Source: Balanoglossus misakiensis
Lineage: Eukaryota; Animalia; Hemichordata
Reading direction: 5' to 3'
Assembly (NCBI GenBank): GCA_040954595.2
Contig: CM082576.2
Span: 124,001 to 188,000 of the forward strand
Length of the DNA: 64,000 nt
Below the pieces are notes generated by a model. That model did not search any database and was not told the DNA's origin. It worked only from the letters and a program-made list of their open reading frames with translations. The stretch's first letter is position 1, and every line of letters starts with the position of its first letter. The translations under genes were made by a program, and so were the position numbers. Shown one piece after another: positions 39,040-58,980 of this stretch.

Positions 39040-40077
39040 GGTAAAAACATTTGGAAATATAATACATGTGCATGTACTTGCTAGGGGTCGGAAAAGGTCT
39101 TGTATGTGTTGATAACTTTCATATACTCTAGCCTTAGACAAGTTTATTTTGAATGTTGGTTTGGTCTGGTTTCGTGTATGTTAGGTATAAGGTTTTGTTT
39201 GATTTTGGCAACAGTATTAAAAGTGATCAGAACCTTGTCCTTCTAGGGAAAGAAAATGTGCCTTAACTCAGACAGGAAAAATCAAATCGTCCACATGAAT
39301 TTTTTTTAAAACCGTCTCTTTGGATAGAATTTACATCTATTTCAACTCTCTATTGACATGACGTGTAGTTATTTCAGTAGTTTGAAACCATGCACCGAAT
39401 CTTCAAATGCGCGCTGTCCCGGTGCCCAATCGCGAAAACAAGATGGCACAGGAACGTTAAATACAAATGCAGCTGTTTGCACTATGAAAATTCATAACAA
39501 CCTTTCACAATATTTTTCTTGCAGCATAAGGCTAAAGGCGTTGTTTTGATTCTCGCACGTCACTCAATCTTGTTTCTTATCTGCTTCTGTTGCTGAATGA
39601 CATGGAAAAAATTAACAGGAGGGACTGATGTGATTTTGAAAGGTTTGAAAGGTTTAATTAAAGTAGAAAGACCTCACGAGACATGATATTTGCTCACATT
39701 TCGGAGGTCACATTGAAATATTGCTACAAATATTCTTCAGGTGGTGGAACATCAAGAATAAAGGTATGCAAAACAAAGTTTTCCATCCCTCTCGTATAAT
39801 TTAATTATTTCTGTATTTAGTAAATAGATAAGTGGAAAATCAATAACATGTACGTAATTTAGAAGCGAATGAAAATGAGTAAACGATATGAAGCTGATGT
39901 GCTGGTGTTAATTTGATGTCTTGACTATAAAAAAAAAACAATCTGCTACAATGTTTTCTTAATTTCGGTCCTATTGATTCGAACGTTAGATCTCATTGTT
40001 AGTGAGGTTATATAATTATAGTTTCCCATAGATTGTTTCTTATTTTCCTGACCCTTCCCATCTCCTCAGTAATATGT

Positions 40078-43061
40078 TTATACCTCTGTAGCCTCAGTGT
40101 ACGATAATGCATACTGGAATAGAGATGCTCTTCGCGTGTAAACGTTATCAGTAGAGTCAGGTTCTGCATCTGCCAGATCGTTGTTGTTTGCCTTTTCATC
40201 GCTCTTGTCGACCATCTCTTGTTCTTCCGTTCCCCGCTCCTTCAACCACAACGACGGTCTTGAAATGAGATGCCTCATGTTGCCAGTTCTTGTGCGGAAC
40301 AGGAACGCGGAGAGAACACCTAAGATGCCCATCTCCAGCACAATCAGTATGTTGTATATGACTGTAGAAGCAAGAAAGTAAAACTAGTTCGTTTATTCTT
40401 GGTCGTGCGTGGGGGGGGGGGGGGGGGGGTAAATGTCGACAAGTGAATAGAGGTTGTCAAGAGGCTGGCAAATAACAAACACACGAGTTTAGAATGTACT
40501 GAGTGATTGGAAACCGAAATGCAATTAATTGACATTTTCTTGTCTACCAGCTTCAATGAAGCACAGAGTACTTATAGGCTCATAGATACTGGATGTGGAC
40601 AATTGAGGGTACAAGTTGGTCGCCCAACTTCACGAATGTTCTAAAAGTCGTATAGATGCAAAAAGTCAATAAAGCAAAGATGGGAGATTTGATCGCGCCG
40701 TTGCAAAATTGTCAAAACTGAAATCGTCATGTTGAATTACATGTATCAGAAAGCTGTATCCATGGATACAGCTATTGTCAATAATCAGCGTCTAATATAA
40801 AATCATGTGCTTGGAGTTGAAATTGTCAAAATGAATGTACGTTTTTTTTTGCATTAGTATATCAAGTCTCTTAGGCTTACTGTTTGCTCTAGTTTTGCTG
40901 CTGACGGGGTCGAGACATTTGATTACGTTGGCCGAGACCAGAATACCAAGAAAGGCGTGTTGTATGTTGATGAGCAGCAAAGCTATTTGCACGGTCATGA
41001 ATTTCTTGGTGATCTTAAAACCTCGAAGAGGTTCTTTGGCGGCGTGGTATATGACGTTCAGTGCGTACATGGCGATCAGTGTCGAAACGATAGAAATAGT
41101 ATTCAGGTACACGTACGCCTCGTCATGTGCAATCTGAAGTAAATACCAGGACAAAAAACAAGTGTTAGAAGAGTTTCACGATTATAATTTAGTGTCTGTT
41201 TGATACACGAGAATTTATAGAAACTCACAAAACATAAGTCGACAGTTTGTTATTATTATTTGTATTTGAAGTTTCCAACTCGAATTTATCAATCCAACAA
41301 CGTTATACTCATGTCACTTCGTGGTTCTGAAAGAATGACTTTACGGATCGCGAATAAAAAGAGGGTGGTTGACCGAAGCAAAGGTTTAAGGGAACCCCTC
41401 TCCATAAATGGAATGCTCCTATTTAGTACCTGACCAGGTGTGTACTTGTCATCAGTCCATAACACAGAAGCAACGAAGAGCGTCATTGGTCGGATAAAGG
41501 CTACCTGCATTGCAAGTCTCTTCATTAGCACCAAGAATTTCCTGCGATACGAATACGAATCTTTTGTTAGAGTTTGCTTTTAGTTTTACGCATACTAAAT
41601 TACCACAAACAACTCCGACTTTTGCCATTTATCCATTGTCATTTCAATACAATTCTTTATCAGACTTATCCAATCATATACAACTTGAACTCTAGTATTT
41701 CCAACCTGCAAGCTGCATTCTGACTAAATCTGTATTTTTTCAGTCAAAAGGTAGAGTCGGGCTTATCGAAAAGAATGACTAGAATAGAATAGATTTTATT
41801 TCGTTTATATTCAAGACATAGACATAGATTACAATATGGAAATATTTGCAAACTGACAAAATAAAATAACTCGAAATGTACAGGAAAGAATATATTGTAT
41901 TGTTATATACAATATGAGAAATTCTCAGAGAAAGCTTAATATTATAAGCTAAACTCAAAGTATAAGGGTTTGCAATTCCATAGCCGTGAAAATAATTTAT
42001 ATAAAGTGCTAAGCCATATGAGATATCACAGAGCTAGGAAAACGGTTTAATATTATTTTTTATGCAGCATAAAAGTGAGAGATGATCCTACCTGGTAACT
42101 TTGACCTTTTTAATGCATGGAAAACAGCACAAGAGTGGGCTAATAGCTATGGATACTTCTTCGTCTGCTAGCAACGCGATGGCTGCCTCAAGTCCACCAA
42201 AATAGTCAAATATGAGAAGTACAAATCTGTACAAGGTGACAGAAAAGTACCTGAAATGATAAACCAGGAAATATTTGGTACGACGTCGTGAAGTGTAATC
42301 TGAGGACAATGTGGAAGCACAGTTGTCAGACCAGAGGAACCTTACTAAGAGTGGGGCAGATATTCGAAAACGTGAAAGTCATCTGAATATAGAATTTACG
42401 GCAAGTGCATTATTTAATCATGTATTCCAGATTTCATCTTTAAACGTCCAACTTTACCATAGAAAACAACGGATTCGGTCCAAACCACGGCGGTGAAAAG
42501 ATTATTGAAGTGGCAAGACATATTAATTTCAATACATTCATCCTGTGTAGTGTAGTTCTTCTATATTCGGACTATTCAGTGAGTTTAGAGATTGCACAGT
42601 ACAAGAAGGAATGTGATACCTGGTCAGGCGAAGTTCGCGTATCCAGTGTTACCGAATACTTTAAGCAACATGCTGCAATGATTATTGATGTGGGCAGGCA
42701 GCACTGACGGTTGAGGTAAAACTCTGGCTGAACTGTCCGAGTGATACAGACGAAATGTATGAACAAAATGGCGGAATCTGTGGTATATGATCACCAGACT
42801 GGGCGGCAATTCGAAAGACATTCACTGAACTTCGATATTTGCATTATTATCATAGGGATACTTACAAAGTAGCGTGAATCGAAACGATGAAATGGGCCCT
42901 TGGTACATACAGGGCCAGCAACGACGTGCATGATAAAACCTTCGAAATTATAAAAAAATTAAAAACATGAAGATTATAGTCTGATAACTTATTTAACGCA
43001 GGATTTTTAGAGTAAGACGAAGATGGAGAGAAGGGCGCAGGTGGTGCTGGTTGTGATGATA

Positions 43062-43113
<52 letters not shown>

Positions 43114-44111
43114 ATGGCAAACGCATTACAGACAGAAAGTCACAGCATAGCAGGTTACATTTCCTTTTTCGAGTTTACTGAAACTTACTGGATACATTCC
43201 AAGAATCCATGTGATATGAGCCCTGCGACGTTTGGTAGGCAGCTTCTTTTGAACAAACGCTGTCGACCATAGAAACATGCCGATGGTGATGACTGTTATC
43301 GCCGTGCAAACAGTGAAGATGACGATTTTCCATGTTGTAATATCTGTATTTAGATATGAAAAAGTATTAAACTATATATACCTGAAAGAAGAATGAAGAT
43401 GAACTCGCATTACAAAACAGTATGATCACGTCGAAGAAGCTTCTATGGGCGTACACCTCTACTGAGAACAGCCAGGTTCGTATAAAAAAATAGCCACGCC
43501 CTTTTGCCCACATGCAGGCTCTGTTTAATCTAATTGTTTTCAATGGCGTGATTTGGCTCATTTGCGGAGACATTTGGATGATAAGGTTAAAGTGCTGCGT
43601 AGATTGACGCACAATATGAGCGCACGATTAATATGTTAATTTCGTTGACTTCGACGGCAGAATATTATGAAAATACTGTCTCCAGTTGCACCTTGCGAGT
43701 ATCTAGGGCATATGCGATACAAAGAAATAAACAAACACCTTTGAAAGATCTGGCTAATTTATGAGAACGTATTTCTTTCTGCCTAGAGCATGGAGTGTAG
43801 GAAAATGGGTGTAGGCCTAAATGGGGTAATGGTGAAAGTGTTCCAATTACGACGTAAAATATGCCATGTACAATCCACGTCACCTTCCTGAACTTTGCGA
43901 TTGTGAACGCATTTCGAGAGAAAACTTTACCTTGATAAAATTCATCTGTGTACGGGTCGTCTTCGGAACACTTCAAAATCTCCAAGTCCAATTTGCCAAA
44001 GATGTTCGTCCCAAGGCCCGAAACATTTGCGTTCTCTGTAGTTGTGTTGTGTCCGAAACTTTTATCAGCGACTGGGGTCGTATACACGCCAGCGTTTTCA
44101 GTCGAATTCAT
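40078..44111 (-). CDS. SLC51A: Organic solute transporter alpha-like (OST-alpha / SLC51A / TMEM184 superfamily), 405 aa, 7 exons
   Basis: Phase-consistent exons on -: 44111-43931, 43343-43189, 42939-42866, 42250-42092, 41541-41430, 41133-40881, 40361-40078. Motifs WILGMYPV, LALYVPRA, DYFGG, Cys-rich PLLCCFPC, QVAFIRP, KKFMTVQ and LIVLEM; several hydrophobic segments. Family assignment is secure; one-to-one orthology is not. Confidence 0.88.
43054..43111. repeat. (GAT)n microsatellite
   Basis: Directly visible. Confidence 0.95.
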
Positions 44112-44966
44112 GTCGTATTTTCTTCGAAATTTAGCGAACAAGAAATGAATATGTCACTCGAGCTCTCTGAACCAAGACGAAATCCAGCCAAAGAGAGTTT
44201 TCCTTTCTGGGAGTGGATCCGCTCCCACCTTATGACAGGAATGACTAGGGCGTTGTGCGAATGTAGGGCCTAGGCCCTATATTATATATTGTGTGGCAGG
44301 TGAAATTCTCACTGGTTCTTCATCCGTAACTTGTCGCCCCTCAGTGATCCGCCGGACGGTGCCGCGGCTGCCCCAGGGTGCGAGTGCTCAATTCCACGAG
44401 ATGGGCTTTTTAGTGCAAAAACGATATCATCCCAATTCTAATTTAGGCGTAGAGCTGATAGGCCTAACATCTGGCCTTAGTCGATATTAGATGGGAGGAG
44501 GACGATCGAATAATATCAGATGAAATCGATAACCCAACTTTTCTAGAATGGGAAATGGCTGCGGATCCTTGCAATTCGTCTTGGACCTTCAAGTATCTGA
44601 TAAAACCTGCATAGCACTAGTTCTGTAGTCACGAGCGCAGCCAGTATTTCATTATTAGGCTTAGGCCTTGTAGAGCTCAAAAATATAGCAGGTGGTATTG
44701 GCTTGAAAGTGTTAATGAACGTCTTCCCCTTATTATTTGACAACCACTTTCAAACATAAAGTACATGTAATGTCATGAGTCACGGACAATTCTGCCAATG
44801 TAATGTTATGCAATCGGTTTTCACGATAGTGGTAGAATGAACCACCATGGTGGCCCTGTATTTAAAGTTCCGACGCGGTAATGACGTCACTATTGGTAAG
44901 TGACACCAGGTCACCTGGTCATCCACAGCATGACTGATCAGCTGGGCCAGATTAGTACTAAGTAAC
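44112..44966. promoter_or_regulatory. Divergent (bidirectional) promoter region between the OST-alpha-like gene and cysteine synthase
   Basis: Start codons are 855 bp apart, head-to-head. CpG-rich; CRE TGACGTCA 44882-44889 followed by an inverted CCAAT box (ATTGG 44892-44896). Confidence 0.55.
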
Positions 44967-47900
44967 ATGGCTCGTCCATACTCCACAATATTTCGACGTT
45001 GCCGGGGTGTGCAAGGTCTTGAAATATTTGCCAGGCAATTGAGTACGGTACGTTTATCGAATTGTGTTTTGAACATTGTCGGACAACTTCATAATCCAGG
45101 CCTTGATCAGTGAAGTAGTATTTCCACCGAATATGTCACTGAAAGGTATCACCCAAATAGTGCCATGTCACTGTGACACTGCATCCCAAGCTCAGCTGGG
45201 GGTGGGGGTGGGGTGGACGTGTTATATAGTCGCTTTGTGAATCAATGCACCAAGATATATGGACTCGAAAGGACCAAAATATCATTTTGTAAACCACTGC
45301 TCTCAGCTGCCGTAGCCCGTAGGACTAGAATCGAGCAGGAGCAGGGGTCAAGCTTGTTTGAACCAGGTCGTGGTTGGACAGCACATGATTTTGAAAAGAA
45401 TGTCAACACTGAAAAAAGTTGCATCATCCATGGGAAGGATTTTAGTTTACCAGTAAGAAGCCTCATGCGTATTAATTATGATGCATGATATCCATGAGAC
45501 ATGTAAAACTCATGAAAGGTGTCAGTTCATCAAACCAACTCAAATACTTCACAACTGAGCGTAATATTGTTGTTTGTCATTATGCATTGCTGGTGCCCTG
45601 AGCTGCAGGCTGCTTTATTTGCATGTGCATGCAGTGTGACCTTTGAACCGCTAAGATTTGACCTAAACATTTTGCTGTTCATATGATTATGGAAAAACTC
45701 ACTTTATCTAGGACAGGTCACTGCGAGGTCCAGAGGAGATTCTAGTTAAAGCATATTTAAATGCATACAATGTTAATTATTACATGTACAGTGGACTTTG
45801 TCAGTGGTAAAAAATACTTATATTTAAGGACACAAATGACCTGAATGACTTGTCATTTTTTACCATCTGTCCGGGTAATGTAAATCTGTATGTTGATCAT
45901 TTTCCGGCATGTCAAAAGTACTATCCCAGTACAGTATTAGCTTGGTCAATAAGATTTAGTGAATTTGCTCATTTTTTTTATCATGCTTGATGGTGAAGTT
46001 ATAAAATATTTTCTGATTTGGTTTTTACAGGATATTCGAGATGGCTTTGTTGGAATGGTTGGCAGGTATGGCAATGTCATCTTTATTGTATTTCTTATTC
46101 ATATTTCATATACCTGCATGAAGTAATCATTTTCATTCTTTTTTTATATGGAGGACTCCACTGATAAAACTTGAGAAATTAAGTAAAGTTACAGGGTGCA
46201 CCATTGCTGCCAAGGCAGAATTTGCCAATGGAGGTGGATCAGTGAAAGACAGGGCTGCTCGCTTCCTCATTCTAGATGCAATAGAAAAAGGTGAGCTCAT
46301 GCAGCTGCAGTATATAAACGTATCTGAGAAAATCTGGTGATGATGTTTGCAAATTTACATAAGTGTTCAATGAACCCTGTCTAAAGAAATCTGTGTCTAA
46401 TCAGGAAATGAAATATGTCAATACCTGTACTGAAATTATTTTAAAGATCGAGACAATTTTATTTTTTTGGCAGGTCAGTTAAAACCAGGAGGCACTGTGG
46501 TAGAAGGAACCGCAGGAAATACAGGTACAGCAGTTGTTAAATGAAAGTGAATGAATGAATGAATGTCGTCAGATACATCTCACTGTCTATTTTACTTTAT
46601 TTCTCATTCATTCATTTATTCATTCATTCATTCATTCATTCATTCATTCATTCATTCATTCATTCATTCATTCATTCATTCATTCATTCATCATTCATTG
46701 CATTCATTCATTCATTATAATTTTAGTAACAAAATTCATAGAATTAACATTTTGTGTTATGACCTTTGCACTGATTTGGAAGGAATCATGAAATATATAT
46801 GATATAGATTACCCTTCCCTAATATCAGTGTAATTGATCTAATTGTAGGTATTGGCTTGGCACACATATGTAATGCCATGGGCTTCAAATGTGTTATATA
46901 CATGCCCAATACACAGTCTCATGAAAAAATCGATCTGCTTCGAACACTTGGTGCTGATGTCAGACCGGTGCCAGCTGTTCCTTTTGCTGATCCAAACAAC
47001 TACAATCACCAGGTAAGAACCGGGCTTGTCTGTATTGAAATCACTAATGCCTATGAGTGAATGAGTGTTTTCATCTTCACTGAAAAGTTCTGTCCCTTTG
47101 GTTTGGATCGATATCAGTATCATAAAGGTATCATTGAAGTTGTTCTCCCCAGTGTTCAGTTGGAATTGTCAGTGCTATGATAGTGCGCAAACGTTTCTGT
47201 TATTCAAAACTTCCTAGGCAAAGCGATTTGCAGAAAGCATTGAAAATGCAGTGTGGACAAATCAGTTTGACAACACTGCTAACAAGAGAGCACACATTGA
47301 AACAACAGGCCCAGAAATATGGGAACAAACAAGTAAGTATAATCCTATTGAAAATAGCCATGTTTTGATACAATCTGCAGTGTGTTGATGAAAAATTAGA
47401 ACCCACATATTATTGAAAGGCAGATGTTTATAGAACTTGAAAGAACAGCATTCTCAGTTTTGATTAATAGATGATGACAAATTTACTGTGCACACTGCTG
47501 TTTCCGTAGTAACCATGGGCTTTAAATTCTAGGTTAACTGGTTCATTTTTGATTTTACTTTCACCCATTTACAGATGGCAGGGTTGATGCTGTGACTTTT
47601 GGAACTGGGACTGGTGGGACATTGGCAGGTAAGTCTGTGTATCAGTCCCCCAACTTCACCATTCAACGGCTAATATTTCCTGTTTGAAAAGAAACTAAAG
47701 AATGTACATTAGATGATATAATAATTTATTGACATCACACGTTTTTGCATTTTATAGGTGTTTCAACTTATCTGAAGGAAAAGAACCACAAAATCCAAGC
47801 CTTCCTTGCAGACCCTGATGGCAGTGTTCTGTACAACTACATCAAACATGGAAAATTGGAACGGCGACGTGATGGATCAATCACAGAGGGCATAGGTCAA

Positions 47901-49024
47901 GGACGGGTCACAGAAAACTTGAAAGGAGCACCCATTGACGATGCTCTACCAATAACAGATGAAGAAGCAGTGGAGTGGGTAGGAAACAACTTTCCTCTTT
48001 TGAATGGTGTTACTGTTGGTTGTTTGTTGGCCTGTAGTTCTGCCTGCTAAAATAAACACAAAAATCAGAAGACAGTTTTCCTTAAAGGTGTTTGTATTGT
48101 AGGTCATTTGCTCATTATAGCAATCGTATTGACTTAGATTTGATTTTAGGAGTCTTTGCAGTCCAGTACTGAGGCAGGCTGAACACTCTCATACCTGTAT
48201 GCAGAATGCAATAAAAGTTTTCGAGCAAAGGTGTTGGCCATCAACATGTATGAGTCTGTGTTGTTGGGCTCTGATGTTTTTGTTGTTTTCCATTAACAGA
48301 CGTTCCGGTTACTTCATGAAGAAGGGTTTTTTGTTGGTGCATCTTCAGGACTCAATGTTGCGGCGGCTCTTAAAGTGAGTCAGAGTTTATTCCTGCACGT
48401 AATATAATTATGATATGTACACTTTGCTCTGGATAAATTTGTTTTGCAATACGGTCCAACATCCTTCAGAGGTGACATCAAATAATGAGTTCAGGTATGT
48501 ATGTTATCACAATATCATCTTTTCTTATGTGTTGTAGGTTGCCAAATTGATGGGGCCAGGTCATACCATTGTAACATGTCTGTGTGACACTGGTCAAAGA
48601 TACTACGCCAAGTTATTCAGCAGAACATTTTTAGAACATAAAGGTGAGATATATAAGCTCATTGATTCAGCAATTGACTGCTGTCATATGGACCAAATAA
48701 TTGTCATGTGCATAACCATGACAGTTACCACTGCCTGGATACCTCCATGAATGACAAAATTGTGTATCATTCATATTTATGAAATTTCAATAGTATTAAA
48801 CCTCTCTTCACGAGAGCTATCCCTCTTTCTTCCTTGAGTATTAGTGAAGCAGGGACACCAATTACTACAGGGCAAGTTCATTGTTCTTTGTTTAGGTAAA
48901 AATGTGTTAGTAAAAGAGACATCAACACAAATTAATTCACCACATTCTACTGCATTTCTTATTCTTAACAGGATTGCTTGAATCTGTGCCTGAACCCTAC
49001 AGAAAAGCTCTCCATGATGGTTGA
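44967..49024 (+). CDS. PLP-dependent cysteine synthase (O-acetyl/O-succinylserine sulfhydrylase, fungal CysB/Cys1a-type), 363 aa, mitochondrial presequence, 11 exons
   Basis: Phase-consistent exons: 44967-45047, 46031-46065, 46154-46290, 46474-46524, 46849-47012, 47218-47332, 47575-47628, 47758-47978, 48300-48374, 48538-48643, 48972-49024. Motifs [21 protein letters not shown] (PLP lysine), [53 protein letters not shown] and LCDTGQRY. No heme N-terminus or CBS domains, so not cystathionine beta-synthase. Confidence 0.93.
46604..46714. repeat. (TCAT)n microsatellite
   Basis: Directly visible; produces the FIHS-repeat spurious ORFs. Confidence 0.95.
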
Positions 49025-49782
49025 TGTCTGTCAGCTGAACTGAACTTCTTGCAATACAGTCTACACTGTATGATAGTCTTTTTTTATTTGATCACACACA
49101 ATCAAAAATTTAAATTGTTATTTAGGTGCCATATTCGTAGACAAGGTTCTGTTTTTGATTAAACCGATGACTGAGTGATTCTGTTTTCCAACCAGTATTA
49201 AAGTGTTTGTAATTACCTAACTTTACCACTTAGGTCAGCAGTAATTGTCATAATTGATAAAGGTGTCAATCACAACAAAAATATCAGATATCAGATTCAA
49301 AGCAGTATGTTCTGTGAACGAAATCAATGGATTGTAACATATGTAAAGACAATTTTTGTAGCAGAGAGTATCTTTATCATAATTAATAAAATGTGCCATA
49401 TTGTCTTTAAGGGGATACTGAAAATAAAATTCTTGATCATGTGGAGAGAGATTGACTAACACAAATATTTTTAAGAGAGATTTATACAAAATAAAGTTTG
49501 TTTCCCTAGAATACCTGTAGCCCATAGTGCAACTTGTAATTGTTGCAGTGTGTGGAGCAAAGTGAGCAGAAAGTTTTGATCCATTTTTTTAAATTACTAG
49601 ATCTCTAAAAATTTATAAAAAACACAGACTTGAAATTACTTTTCAAATTGTACTTTCCACCTCTGTGTGTGGTTTTCACATTACACACCGTCACCGATAT
49701 CATTTAGAGATTATTTTATTGTGTTCCGAAGTGATTAGGTCATTGTTGCGTCCTGACTGTGAGGGCGCAGTTTACTTTCAAA

Positions 49783-58364
<8,582 letters not shown>

Positions 58365-58915
58365 AAGAAGGAAGGCAGGAAGGGAGGGATGCAAATCAAA
58401 TCTCAACAAAGCATGCAAATTTTTATTTATTTATGATTTGTGAGTGTTGTTGCTTCCACCCTCAAGATTACACCAGTTTCCAATATTATTGAAAAAAAAG
58501 GGCGATTGGATCAAAGAGTTATGTTAAAAGGATGAAGATTTTTGTTTTTGGGGCAGATGTAAAACAACCATGACTCAGACAGTGTTTTCATAAGTTATGC
58601 ATCAGGTGTCTTTGTGTGCAGTCGTCAAATTTTCCTACAACAAACCCACTCACCTGCTATTCAAACAGATTGAATATTAGAAACATTACAACACTTCTTA
58701 AAATGATTGTCATGTCTTCATTAAATAGCAGATTGCAAAATTTTCAGGTTGTTATTTATCTATTCCGTTTGCTGAAAACAGGTTATGATTTGTGTCCATG
58801 CAACTGGAATTGGTAAAGTTTAGAATCTTCACACAAAAGAGTATACATGTCTCTCATGATTTCAGAAGTTCTTTTTTTCAAGGTACTTTTTATTTTAGAG
58901 TGTTTATGTCAGATT

Positions 58916-58916
<1 letters not shown>

Positions 58917-58979
<63 letters not shown>

Positions 58980-58980
58980 C
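58917..58980. repeat. (CAT)n microsatellite
   Basis: Directly visible; produces the poly-His spurious ORF. Confidence 0.95.

Noticed and set aside
46066-46153. Rare GAG acceptor in cysteine synthase intron 2 as a sign of pseudogenisation
   Set aside because: It is still GT-AG with a strong T-tract and restores the conserved GRTPL in frame.
44967-49024. Cysteine synthase as bacterial contamination or recent horizontal transfer
   Set aside because: It has ten spliceosomal introns, a targeting exon, host-like CpG depletion and animal neighbours.
49500-49782. Hypoxia response element in the EGLN1 proximal promoter
   Set aside because: No RCGTG core seen there; the scattered intronic cores are too short to be meaningful alone.
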